A stretch of 64,000 nucleotides of DNA from Clostridia bacterium (GTDB lineage Bacteria > Bacillota > Clostridia > Christensenellales > UBA1242). A program made the translations under genes and the position numbers. The notes under the pieces were generated by a model, which saw only the letters and a list, made by a program, of their open reading frames with translations, was not told the origin of the DNA and searched no databases. Numbering within the stretch: position 1 is the stretch's first letter; each line of letters begins with the position of its first letter. The stretch lies in NCBI GenBank assembly GCA_016297845.1, contig JAEDFV010000003.1, positions 4,062 to 68,061 on the forward strand, given 5' to 3'. Below, piece after piece: positions 47,501-55,870 of the stretch.

Positions 47501-48065
47501 CTTCCTTAAAACAGCAAAAAAACTATCTGAAATTTCTGATGGAAATGGAGATATACTTGACATTATTTCTGATACAGAATCAGATGTTAATGTTGGAGAA
47601 GCTTTAGAAATTATTGGAGTTGAAAAAGAAACTGCCGACAAAATCAACAATGTAAAAGATTCATTCTCAAACACTGATTCATTGAGCGCTGAATCTTATG
47701 AAACTCTTGCGGATTCACTTGGGAGCATAACAACTGAAGATGCAAATAAAATTATTGACACTGTTCAATCATCAACTGGAAAAGATATTTCTGATGCAAT
47801 TAATACAACAACTCTTGCCAATGAGCAAACTGTAAGTTCGAGAATTAGTATATTGATGACAACTGGTCTCAATGATGAAAATCTAGATGAATCATTAACA
47901 GATTTGTGTAACGGAGCAACTTATGTTCTCTCTCATGCAATTACAAACGGAGTTGTCTTAGCATACTCTATAACTGGCGGACAAGAAACTCTTGTTAACA
48001 AAATTAATGAAAAAACAAGCAATGAACAAGTTAGAACACTTGTCAAAACATTATTCGGAATTTAA
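44514..48065 (+). CDS. Very large (1183 aa) membrane-anchored protein: CvpA-like N-terminal TM module plus about 950 aa of uncharacterised helical region
   Basis: The N-terminus LILSLVIGFLIGLKRGLVKSSIRFGTFILCAIIAGLI resembles the CvpA family. There are further TM segments, a KKQKK linker and another TM segment, followed by a long Asp/Glu/Ile/Asn/Lys-rich region with no motif I recognise. It ends 11 nt before rsmH. Confidence 0.75.
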   Translation: MNISLIITLSVYIVLILSLVIGFLIGLKRGLVKSSIRFGTFILCAIIAGLITVPISKAILNADISNLGIVINGKVASSITEVVKGLTLSNEKIAEAVNAMPSVMTLIESLPAIIMNIVVFFVLVLVMIFISWIIYVIIAKTALKQSKIERMAKKQKKLAEKTSKGQLIKPELQQIPIPKKKKYRWWGACVGLVNGFVLIFLLLLPITSITSTFSDITHQETVSAESEILTETSSDIIRYYVGSDIISYANAYSDSVAGKILTLGGLDDVIFDSIASTKVNNEKVAIRSDIKNFAKIYDKTVLLIDEIGTLDSYSKIDFEKVDEIFNSTFNLGVFRAVVGDVVPYVLDYFYSTDVFKNLEHNSEIKLVADAVIEELKINPNDFVNVLKTQLGGVIEVGKTACKVGLVDDIIGGKTDYRTIINSLSKDDYALLNSISENLIPLSATKVIISEGGNIVIDSLEKKLSEEINLGEIETKNVDWNNFKSTFTDEAKLLLKTFDIIDKYDADKVFADFSILVKKDIDSNDFGELVDCVSKTIRYLQTNPLFVGQSINTFNALIDYAETDDRFKEFVDAKVIKTSNLEEEISNLKSSVVALQQSGILYHALKEELDVDFVAKQLSEKIGDKTTTKVILSPLLDSKLAQKTIKFGLKKFNEQVPTLRDALGESVSEIDLTNFTYLSAEDKARTIESAESIVEAVCVFGYTNFRDNAFETVFTFNDLDANNIVKSTYIANVLNNLKQISIFEKTYYSIFDALTTNEKYSKLMSAEVVKDSDFSWNTELEFLDTLLSIVKKETDGDSIKKVMYPDGQYKEVVINNTMISKIFKLSLLPLNETKPEETSLNTLVTTLYQSKLFKKALPYILNIVNERVEKVVSTLENQIDIADVTIEQLEESQKSDIIAVLENLAKCFDIITKEEFKLELLNDDEIVLVGNFLNSLKENAFDYIDGTPNENCVLTSDGKNIENGGIFSQLYIAMIDYAKSSYEISPTISYGEIEWINFLKTAKKLSEISDGNGDILDIISDTESDVNVGEALEIIGVEKETADKINNVKDSFSNTDSLSAESYETLADSLGSITTEDANKIIDTVQSSTGKDISDAINTTTLANEQTVSSRISILMTTGLNDENLDESLTDLCNGATYVLSHAITNGVVLAYSITGGQETLVNKINEKTSNEQVRTLVKTLFGI

Positions 48066-48076
48066 AGGTACAAAAG

Positions 48077-49048
48077 ATGGAATTTTCACACACTCCTGTT
48101 CTTCTAAATGAAGTTATTGACGGACTTAACATTCGCCCAAGCGGAATCTATTTAGATCTTACGCTTGGCGGTGGCGGTCACTCTTTCCATATTCTTGAAA
48201 AACTTAAAGATGGACTTTTAGTTGGATTTGACAAAGATAAAGATGCTATTTCTGCATCGTCAAAAAGACTTTCTCAAATTTCAAAAGTTTTCACGCGTGA
48301 TGATTTTAATCGCACAGATGAAAAAAGTGCTCTTATTATCAAAAGCGATTTTAAAAAAGCACCTGAAATTTTAAAAGAACTTGGAATAACGGAAATTGAT
48401 GGAATTTTGATTGACCTTGGAGTAAGTTCATATCAACTCGATTGTGCAGAAAGAGGGTTTAGTTTCAAAAAAGATGCGCCCCTTGACATGCGCATGGACC
48501 AGTCCCAAACTTTTACAGCACAAGATATAATTGACAATTATTCTCAAGAACAACTCATAAATTTATTTCGTGTATATGGCGAAGAAGAATATGCTGTTTC
48601 AATCGCAAAAAACATTGTTCATCAGCGAGAAATTTCGCCTATTACAACTACTAGTCAATTGAATGAAATAATTGAAAATAGTATGCCAAAAAAAGTTGTT
48701 TTTTCTCGCAACGGTGCATCAAAAAAGGTCTTTCAAGCACTAAGAATTGAAGTTAACTGCGAACTTGATGGTTTAAAAGAACTTATTCAAGAACTTGTTG
48801 GCTTTCTTCGTCCACAGGGAAGGTTTTGCATAATTTCCTTTCATTCTCTTGAAGATAGAATCGTAAAAAATGTGTTTAAAGAGTTTTCGACAAATTGCAT
48901 TTGTCCACCCAATTTTCCAAAATGTGTTTGCGGACACAAAGCAAGTTTAAAACTTATAACACATAAGCCTATTATTGCGAGCGAAGAAGAACAACAAAAA
49001 AATTCTCGTTCAACTTGTGCTAAACTTCGAATTGCAGAAAAAATTTAA
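48077..49048 (+). CDS. rsmH: 16S rRNA (cytosine1402-N4)-methyltransferase RsmH (MraW)
   Basis: HTPVLLNEVIDGL, DLTLGGGGHS, DLGVSSYQLD and SFHSLEDRIVK. Confidence 0.95.
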   Translation: MEFSHTPVLLNEVIDGLNIRPSGIYLDLTLGGGGHSFHILEKLKDGLLVGFDKDKDAISASSKRLSQISKVFTRDDFNRTDEKSALIIKSDFKKAPEILKELGITEIDGILIDLGVSSYQLDCAERGFSFKKDAPLDMRMDQSQTFTAQDIIDNYSQEQLINLFRVYGEEEYAVSIAKNIVHQREISPITTTSQLNEIIENSMPKKVVFSRNGASKKVFQALRIEVNCELDGLKELIQELVGFLRPQGRFCIISFHSLEDRIVKNVFKEFSTNCICPPNFPKCVCGHKASLKLITHKPIIASEEEQQKNSRSTCAKLRIAEKI

Positions 49049-49089
49049 AATACTTGATATTTTGATTTTTTTGATATATTATTTAATTA

Positions 49090-49899
49090 ATGAAATCACT
49101 CAAAGAGTCACGTGTAGGAACATTGATTTTGGAAAAGGAAGAAAAACCTTCCGAAAACTTTATTGTTGAAGAAACTAAAGAAGAAAAAAAAGAATCGGCA
49201 AAAAAAGTTTTATTTGAAAATAATTCAACAGAAACCTACATGGAAAATTTGAAAAAAAACTTTTCAAAACCAGAAAAAAAAGTTGAACAAAAACCTATTT
49301 CTCAAAAAATTCAATTTGAAGCAGTTGAAACTTTCTTTTCAAAACCAATAGAAAAGACAGAATCGAAACAAACAAATAATGTTTCCATTCAAAAAGAAAA
49401 TATAGAAAACACAGAAAAAGAAACAAAAATTGAAGAACCTGTTGTTCAAACTCAAATTGAAGAAAATCAAGAACTTGAGTCAAAAGAAATAACAGAAATT
49501 TCAAAAGAAGAAAATCTAAACGAAGAACAAGCAAAAAATAACAAACGAATTAAGCGTGCAAAATTTAAAACACGACTTGGAATAATGATTTTTGGACTTG
49601 TCTCAGTTGTTGCATGTATGATAGGCTGGACCATTGCAAATGCAGTTGAAATAAAAACTTTGACTCAAGAGTTGGAACAAGCAAATAAAATTTATTCTGT
49701 TGACGTTGTTAAACATATAAGCAATATATCAAAAGCAGACGACCTTACAAATCCTGACAGTATTTTTGACTTAAGTGCTCTTTCAGATGCAAAAGTCATT
49801 CCTCTTACTCCAGAAAAACTCGAAAAACCAGTTGAATATAGTGTAAAAAGCAATTGGTTTGATAGACTTTGTAATTGGATTTCAAATTTATTTAATTAA
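49090..49899 (+). CDS. Bitopic membrane protein in the FtsL position of the dcw cluster (FtsL-like, long Glu/Lys-rich N-terminus)
   Basis: A single TM segment (IMIFGLVSVVACMIGWTIA) followed by a coiled-coil-like segment. It lies between rsmH and the PBP gene. The start is uncertain because there is no clear SD. Confidence 0.6.
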   Translation: MKSLKESRVGTLILEKEEKPSENFIVEETKEEKKESAKKVLFENNSTETYMENLKKNFSKPEKKVEQKPISQKIQFEAVETFFSKPIEKTESKQTNNVSIQKENIENTEKETKIEEPVVQTQIEENQELESKEITEISKEENLNEEQAKNNKRIKRAKFKTRLGIMIFGLVSVVACMIGWTIANAVEIKTLTQELEQANKIYSVDVVKHISNISKADDLTNPDSIFDLSALSDAKVIPLTPEKLEKPVEYSVKSNWFDRLCNWISNLFN

Positions 49900-49911
49900 T
49901 TCATATTCAAA

Positions 49912-49946
49912 ACCTTCTCTAAATAAAATATTAGAGAGGTTTTTTT
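49912..49946 (+). promoter_or_regulatory. Hairpin plus T run immediately 5' of the PBP start; its 3' arm contains the only SD-like element
   Basis: ACCTTCTCTA (49912-49921) pairs with TAGAGAGGT (49932-49940) with one bulge, followed by TTTTTT and GTG at 49947. Confidence 0.45.
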
Positions 49947-51854
49947 GTGTTAGAAAAATTTAATTTAAAATTTTTTAAAAAGAGAATTGTTATTTTTACT
50001 ATTATTTTAATTATTCTCTTTTGTGCAATACTTGGTCGTCTTTTGTATGTCCAAGTTTTTAATGGTGGAATTTTGCAAGGAAAGGCAACAGACCAATGGA
50101 CGAGAGATTTACCAATTGCTGCAGAGCGGGGAACAATTTGCGACACAAATGGTTCATCTCTTGCAGTTTCTTACACAACTTATGACATTTATGTTCGTTC
50201 AAGAGAAGTTAAAGATAAGACGTCAGTTTCTTCTTATCTTTCAAGCAAACTCAATCTTGACCAAACTCAAACCTTTGAGAAAGTTTCAAATAACACTGTA
50301 AGTGAAGTTTTAATTAAAATGAAGGTTGATAAATCTACCGCTCTTGAAATATTTAATCAAAATTTTAGTGGAGTATATCTATCTGAAAATGTAAGTCGCT
50401 ATTATCCTTATGGAAATCTAATGACTCAAATTTTGGGTTTTACAACAATAGATAACATAGGTCAAGCAGGACTCGAAGCATACTATAATGAATTACTTTC
50501 GGGAGTTAAAGGCTATTCTCTTGTCCAAAGTGACCTGCAAGGAAAAGAATTATACAACAGTTTGACAACATTTATTCCTTCAGTTGCCGGCTGTTCAATA
50601 AACATGACTATTGATGTCAACATTCAACTTAAAGTTGAACAAACTCTGGAAAAACTTATGGTTGAACAAAAAGCAAAGAGTGCAACGGCAATAGTTATGG
50701 ACCCTAACACAGGAGAAATTCTTGCAATGTCAACAAAGCCTAGTTTTGACCTTAATAATGTTCCTCGAGACGATGTATCAAATATGCTTCAGCAAATGAA
50801 AAATCAAGCAATAGTCGATGTATATGAACCAGGTTCAACATTCAAAATATTGACAATGGCTTGCGCTCTTGAATCACAAGTTGCTCATCTTTCCGACCAT
50901 TTCTATTGTCCAGGTTATACAATAATTGATGGACAAAAAATTAAATGCTGGAAGTCAACTGGTCATGGAAGTGAAGATTTAACTGATGGTCTTTGCAATT
51001 CATGTAACTGTGTATTTACAAAACTTGCACTTCAACTTGGGCTTGACGATTTCTATCAATATTTCGAAAAGTTTGGATTAGGAACTCAAACTGGAATAGA
51101 ATTTCTGGGTGAATCAAGCGGAATTATTATGAATAAGGATAATGTAAAGACCGTTGACCTTGCAAGAATGGGTTTTGGACAAGCAATAGCAGTCACTCCA
51201 TTACAATTAATTACTGCTATTTCAGCGTGTGTAAACGGCGGATATCTTCTTGAACCTTATCTTGTTAAATCAATAGTCACATCTGATGGAACTGTTGTTA
51301 AAGAAAATGAAAAAACAGTTGTTCGTCAAGTTATTTCAAATGAAACGTCAGAAATTATAAATAGTATGTTAGAAGAGGTTGTGTCAAAACCTGGAAAATT
51401 AACTTTCGTTGATGGATATGAAATTGGGGGTAAGACAGGAACAAGCCAAAAATATGAAGATGGAAAAATTTCAGGAAAATATGTTTCAAGTTTTATTGGA
51501 ACATATCCTGCATCTAATCCGGAATATATTGTTCTAATTGTTGTAGATGAACCTGGAACTGGAGCATACTATGGAAGTGTTGTTGCATCTCCTTATGCAA
51601 AAGAAATTTTTAGTGGAATTTTTGAATATAAAAATATATCGAAAAGTGGAGAAGAATATATAACTCCAGTTTGTGATATAACTCTTCCAAATCTTGTTGG
51701 AATGAGCATAACCGAAGCTTGCACAACTCTTAAAAAACTTGGTTTATGTTATGAAATTCAAGGGGACGGAAGTTTTGTCACTAGACAACTTCCACCACCG
51801 GGAACTCTCGTATATAAAAATCAATCAATATATTTAATTACTGATACATCATAA
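49947..51854 (+). CDS. Class B penicillin-binding protein (FtsI/PBP2B-like) with one C-terminal PASTA domain
   Basis: SxxK (GSTFK), SxN (SCN) and KTGT motifs. The C-terminal LPNLVGMSITEACTTLKKLGL segment is PASTA-like. The start codon is GTG. Confidence 0.9.
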   Translation: MLEKFNLKFFKKRIVIFTIILIILFCAILGRLLYVQVFNGGILQGKATDQWTRDLPIAAERGTICDTNGSSLAVSYTTYDIYVRSREVKDKTSVSSYLSSKLNLDQTQTFEKVSNNTVSEVLIKMKVDKSTALEIFNQNFSGVYLSENVSRYYPYGNLMTQILGFTTIDNIGQAGLEAYYNELLSGVKGYSLVQSDLQGKELYNSLTTFIPSVAGCSINMTIDVNIQLKVEQTLEKLMVEQKAKSATAIVMDPNTGEILAMSTKPSFDLNNVPRDDVSNMLQQMKNQAIVDVYEPGSTFKILTMACALESQVAHLSDHFYCPGYTIIDGQKIKCWKSTGHGSEDLTDGLCNSCNCVFTKLALQLGLDDFYQYFEKFGLGTQTGIEFLGESSGIIMNKDNVKTVDLARMGFGQAIAVTPLQLITAISACVNGGYLLEPYLVKSIVTSDGTVVKENEKTVVRQVISNETSEIINSMLEEVVSKPGKLTFVDGYEIGGKTGTSQKYEDGKISGKYVSSFIGTYPASNPEYIVLIVVDEPGTGAYYGSVVASPYAKEIFSGIFEYKNISKSGEEYITPVCDITLPNLVGMSITEACTTLKKLGLCYEIQGDGSFVTRQLPPPGTLVYKNQSIYLITDTS

Positions 51855-51915
51855 AATCTATAGTAAGAAAAAAAGAAACACTATCAATTTAGATAATGTT
51901 CTTTTTTTATATGTT

Positions 51916-53019
51916 TTAATTAATCATTCTAACTGGCAATATTAAATATTTGTAATCATCATTTTCTATCGGAGTTATAACGCAAGGATTTGTTGAAAGA
52001 TTAAAGTTTAGTTTAATAAATTCATCAGACAAGTTTCTGGAACACTCTGTGAAATATCTTGCATTAAAAGCAATTTTCAAATCTTTTCCTTTAAACGAAA
52101 CATTTACATTTTCAGAAATATTTCCTATGTCAGAATTTGATGTTATCTGCATATTATTTTCTTTTATATCAAATTTAACAAGATTATTTTGTCCAACTTT
52201 CGAAAGAAGCGATGCTCTGTCAAGTGCGTCTTCAAATTGATTTTTATTGATAACAATTGATGTATCAAAAGTTGTTGGAATAATTTGTTTATAATTCAAA
52301 AATTCTCCGTCCAAAAGTCTTGTTATAATCTTTGTATCTTTTAAATCAACCATTATGAAATTCTTTTGGATATAAACGTTTATTATTTCTTCATTGTCGC
52401 CTAAAATTTTTGAAATTTCATTCAAACTTCTTGCTGGAACAATAACATTCGTTTTTATTGTTGAATGTTTAAGTTCTTTTTTGCATAAAGCAAGTCTATA
52501 TCCATCAAGTGCAACAGCGTTTATTGAAGATTCATCAACTTCCAAAAGACAACCTTTCAAAATTGGACGACTGTCATCAACTGCTACTGAAAAAATTGTT
52601 TTGTTAATCAAATCTCTGAAATCATTTTGATTTAACGCAAAATAATCATTTGAATCAATTTTATTAAAACTAGGATATTCTGCTGGATTATAGCATTGAA
52701 CAATTCCTTCACTGTCAGTATATTTTATTTTAAGTTGATTTTTTTCCGTTAAAATCAGTTCAATTTTTTCTTTAGTAAGTTTTTTTATAAACTCAACAAA
52801 AAATTTTCCTGGAACAACAGTTTCTCCTTCAACTTTTACTTCAGCTTTAATTTTCTTTTCTATTGCAAGTTCAGTATCAGTTGCACTTATAATTAAACAA
52901 TCGTTGTCAGCAACAAGTTTAATTCCTTCCAAAATTGGATTTGGAGATTTGTTCGAAATTGCTCTTGATACTTTTATAATTGCTTCACTCAAATCTAAAC
53001 CATCACATATAATTTGCAT
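51916..53019 (-). CDS. dnaN: DNA polymerase III beta sliding clamp DnaN
   Basis: 367 aa. MQIICDGLDLSEAIIKVSRAISNKSPNPILEGIKLVA and the three-domain length are typical of DnaN. SD AAGGAG. Confidence 0.95.
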   Translation of the reverse strand: MQIICDGLDLSEAIIKVSRAISNKSPNPILEGIKLVADNDCLIISATDTELAIEKKIKAEVKVEGETVVPGKFFVEFIKKLTKEKIELILTEKNQLKIKYTDSEGIVQCYNPAEYPSFNKIDSNDYFALNQNDFRDLINKTIFSVAVDDSRPILKGCLLEVDESSINAVALDGYRLALCKKELKHSTIKTNVIVPARSLNEISKILGDNEEIINVYIQKNFIMVDLKDTKIITRLLDGEFLNYKQIIPTTFDTSIVINKNQFEDALDRASLLSKVGQNNLVKFDIKENNMQITSNSDIGNISENVNVSFKGKDLKIAFNARYFTECSRNLSDEFIKLNFNLSTNPCVITPIENDDYKYLILPVRMIN

Positions 53020-53048
53020 TGTTTTTTCTCTCCTTAAATTACCTTTTT

Positions 53049-53077
53049 ATTATACCAAATTATTTATATTTTTTCAA
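53049..53077 (-). promoter_or_regulatory. Candidate dedicated dnaN promoter (TTGAAA-17-TATAAT)
   Basis: Minus strand TTGAAA (53077-53072), 17-nt spacer, TATAAT (53054-53049), 30 nt upstream of the dnaN ATG. Confidence 0.55.
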
Positions 53078-53166
53078 CTCTTTTATAAACATATTTCAAT
53101 AAAAAATTGCGAGTTTTCTTTTTATTTATATATTTTTAAATAATAGGAGTATTAATAAAGACTGTG

Positions 53167-53179
53167 GAAATGTTAATAA
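53167..53179. repeat. Copy A of the GAAATGTTAATAA motif, fused to a weak DnaA-box-like TGTGGAAAT
   Basis: GAAATGTTAATAA at 53167-53179, preceded by TGTG, so that TGTGGAAAT spans 53163-53171. Confidence 0.8.
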
Positions 53180-53260
53180 ATTTTTTAAAATCAAAAAGTT
53201 GTGTTTTTTAAAATTTTTAAAATGAAAAAAACACTAGAAATTGTATATAAAAAATTTTAC

Positions 53261-53307
53261 GAAATGTTAATAACTTGTTAAGAAGAAAAAAAAGTTATTA
53301 ACATTTC
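53261..53307. repeat. Perfect 14-bp inverted repeat GAAATGTTAATAAC-N19-GTTATTAACATTTC
   Basis: Arms at 53261-53274 and 53294-53307, 25 bp upstream of the -35 element of the lipoprotein promoter. Confidence 0.85.
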
Positions 53308-53331
53308 AACAATTTAATTATATTTTTTGCT

Positions 53332-53359
53332 TTGACAATGGAAATAATTGTTGTATAAT
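53332..53359 (+). promoter_or_regulatory. Strong promoter (TTGACA-16-TATAAT, TG-extended) for the 721-aa lipoprotein gene
   Basis: TTGACA 53332-53337, TGTATAAT 53352-53359. Confidence 0.65.
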
Positions 53360-53392
53360 TGAAAAACGAAAATAATTTGGAGCGTGAAAAAA

Positions 53393-55549
53393 GTGAAAAA
53401 ATCAATAATATCTATATTTGCCTTATTACTTTGTGTTTGTTTTTGTTTTGCTGGTTGTGGTCTTTTCCCAGAAAACAAAACTGCAATAAATAACCAGGAA
53501 GTTGTTTCAACTGGGAATGTTACTTTAACGCGTGAAGAGTTTATTAAAGGTTACAATAATTATTACAGTACTTTCTATAATCAAGCTAATGGTGATAGCG
53601 ACGAAACAATTAATTTGTTGATTAAATATCTTGTCACAAAAAAAATATATTTAAATGATGCAAAAAAATTGGTAGAGCAAGGTGAAATAACTTTAACAAA
53701 CACAGAAAAAAATTATCTTTGGAATGCGACTTATAATTCTTTTATATCGAACATAGAAACATTTGAACAAGAAGTTAAAACTTCGCTTGGAATTGAAGAA
53801 GAAACAACTGAAGATAAAAAAGAAAAGGAAAGTCAATTTGTTTATACTCCTTATGAAAAGAAAGCAGAAGTAATATTCAATGAAACAACAAATGAATATG
53901 AAATAAAAGTAGTAAAACAAATTTTGATAAGAAATGAGATTGACGGAAAAGAAAATTATGAATATGTTTCAGAAAGCGAAGCAGGTTCTTATGATGACAG
54001 CTCACTTGTTTTATATACAATAGAATATGTTTTTAATAATTTAGAAAAAGATAAATATTTTAGTAATAAAGAAACATTAACTGATGAAGAAATACAGTCG
54101 AAAATAATTTCAAAAGAAGCAGTGAGAAGATATATTGAAAAACTTAAAGAAAACGAAGATGGAAAAAATCTTTCAACAATAGATAAAGAAATTTTAACCA
54201 GAGAAATTGAACGTATTTATGGAATTTTGTATGATAACATTTTAATTACAAAATTATATGAATATAAAACAAAAGATTTAACTATTAATGAAGAAGATGT
54301 TTTAAGATTGTATCTTTCAAAAGTCCAAGAATGTTATGACAGATATTATGAAGACACAGACGCTTTCATAGAAGAATTGACAAAAACTGTTGGCTCTGCA
54401 AATTTATATGGAAATTATGCAACTCCATCGAAATCTATTTCTGATGTATTTTACATTCCAACAACAACTGAAAATTTCTTCTATGTAACACACATAGTTG
54501 TTAAATTCACTGATATGCAAATTCAACAAATCAATGAATTAAAAGAACGTTGTGAATCAGAAGGAAGAGATGAATCTTATTATCTTCAAGAATACTATAA
54601 AATTGTTCCAGATATTTCTGACACAGTTATAGGAAAAATAATTGATGAACAACAAAAACTTAAAGATGGAACAATAACTCAAGAAGAATATGAAACAAAT
54701 CTTTTAAGTATCATTGGTTCAAAACTTTTGATGGTTGATGAAAGAGATGGCGAAGGTTATATAACAAAAGAAGTTATGACAATTCAAGAGATGATTGCAT
54801 CTTTATATAAAGACCTTGCAGATATATATCTTAAATACAAAGGTGAAGCTGGAGTAGCTGTTACATTAAACGGAAAAGATTACACTCCTACAGAAGATGG
54901 TCTTATAACAAAAGCTGTTGCAGAAGGAAAAAGTCAACTTGTTTTGGACGAGCTTGAAGTTAAATTTAACAATGAAAGAGCAGATAAATTCAACGAGTAT
55001 ATTTATAAATACAGCCAAGACACAGGAACAATACAAATTCAAAAATCATATTTTGGGACAACAAGTGAAAACTGGTATTTATATGCGATGGGTGATGGAG
55101 AAACAGACAATGGATTTGTTGAAGCCTTCACTCAAACTGCACGTGACCTCTTTACAAAAGGTGAAATAACAGGAGTTGAAACAACTATTATGGAAAATTG
55201 GTCAACATCAGATGATAAGGAAACTTTGAAATCTGGAAGTACTGGTTATTCAGTGATGATGTATGCTGGAAAAGTAAATAACTTGTTTGAATGTTTTGAC
55301 AGCAATAAATTGACATTAGACGATTTGTTAGCTGAAGAAACAACAAAAGGAAATGCAAAGTATTATTCACTTTTAAAAATGAATCAATATCGTTTGGGAT
55401 TAACAATGAATAAAACTCTTTTTGATTTAATTTTTGAAGAATATTATGATGCAATGTATGATGAGGTAATTAATATTTATGAAAATCAAACTTTAAAAGA
55501 TATTGATTTAACTCCTAATCAAAAAGTAATTGATGAAATATTAGGATAA
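53393..55549 (+). CDS. Large lipoprotein (about 718 aa), function unknown (possibly a SurA/PrsA-N-like chaperone)
   Basis: Signal peptide KKSIISIFALLLCVCFCFAGC with a lipobox. I prefer the GTG at 53393 (10 nt after GGAG) to the GTG at 53384. The family call is speculative. Confidence 0.7.
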   Translation: MKKSIISIFALLLCVCFCFAGCGLFPENKTAINNQEVVSTGNVTLTREEFIKGYNNYYSTFYNQANGDSDETINLLIKYLVTKKIYLNDAKKLVEQGEITLTNTEKNYLWNATYNSFISNIETFEQEVKTSLGIEEETTEDKKEKESQFVYTPYEKKAEVIFNETTNEYEIKVVKQILIRNEIDGKENYEYVSESEAGSYDDSSLVLYTIEYVFNNLEKDKYFSNKETLTDEEIQSKIISKEAVRRYIEKLKENEDGKNLSTIDKEILTREIERIYGILYDNILITKLYEYKTKDLTINEEDVLRLYLSKVQECYDRYYEDTDAFIEELTKTVGSANLYGNYATPSKSISDVFYIPTTTENFFYVTHIVVKFTDMQIQQINELKERCESEGRDESYYLQEYYKIVPDISDTVIGKIIDEQQKLKDGTITQEEYETNLLSIIGSKLLMVDERDGEGYITKEVMTIQEMIASLYKDLADIYLKYKGEAGVAVTLNGKDYTPTEDGLITKAVAEGKSQLVLDELEVKFNNERADKFNEYIYKYSQDTGTIQIQKSYFGTTSENWYLYAMGDGETDNGFVEAFTQTARDLFTKGEITGVETTIMENWSTSDDKETLKSGSTGYSVMMYAGKVNNLFECFDSNKLTLDDLLAEETTKGNAKYYSLLKMNQYRLGLTMNKTLFDLIFEEYYDAMYDEVINIYENQTLKDIDLTPNQKVIDEILG

Positions 55550-55574
55550 AACTGGACTTGTTCCAGTTTTATTT
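55550..55574 (+). terminator. Intrinsic terminator after the lipoprotein gene
   Basis: Stem AACTGGA/TCCAGTT (55550-55556/55562-55568), then TTATTT. Confidence 0.6.
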
Positions 55575-55598
55575 AATCTTACTGCCTTTAAATCTAAC

Positions 55599-55634
55599 AA
55601 AAAAAAGAACATATTGGAGAGTGTTCTTTTTTTA
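55599..55634. terminator. Bidirectional hairpin terminator 3' of the DUF1540-like gene
   Basis: AAAAGAACA ... TGTTCTTTT (stem 55603-55611/55622-55630), flanked by A and T runs. Confidence 0.55.
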
Positions 55635-55646
55635 GTTATGAAAGTC

Positions 55647-55826
55647 TTATTTTTCACAGTTGCAAGAATCTTTACAAATATATGTTTTGCAAAAATGGGC
55701 CTCATCTGTCTTTCCTTTTGTCACTTTTATTGTATCCATCTCACAGTTGCAACCATCTAAATTGTGAACACAGTCGCAAACATCACAGCAAACACCTTTA
55801 TTTGTTTTTAATGTATCTTTTTTCAT
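55647..55826 (-). CDS. Small Cys-rich protein (59 aa), DUF1540-like; below the ORF-track cutoff
   Basis: SD AAGGAGGA lies 5 nt before the ATG at 55826. Product: MKKDTLKTNKGVCCDVCDCVHNLDGCNCEMDTIKVTKGKTDEAHFCKTYICKDSCNCEK (11 Cys). Confidence 0.7.
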   Translation of the reverse strand: MKKDTLKTNKGVCCDVCDCVHNLDGCNCEMDTIKVTKGKTDEAHFCKTYICKDSCNCEK

Positions 55827-55870
55827 AAATCCTCCTTAAAATATTTTGTCCAAAAAAAAATGTTTTATGA

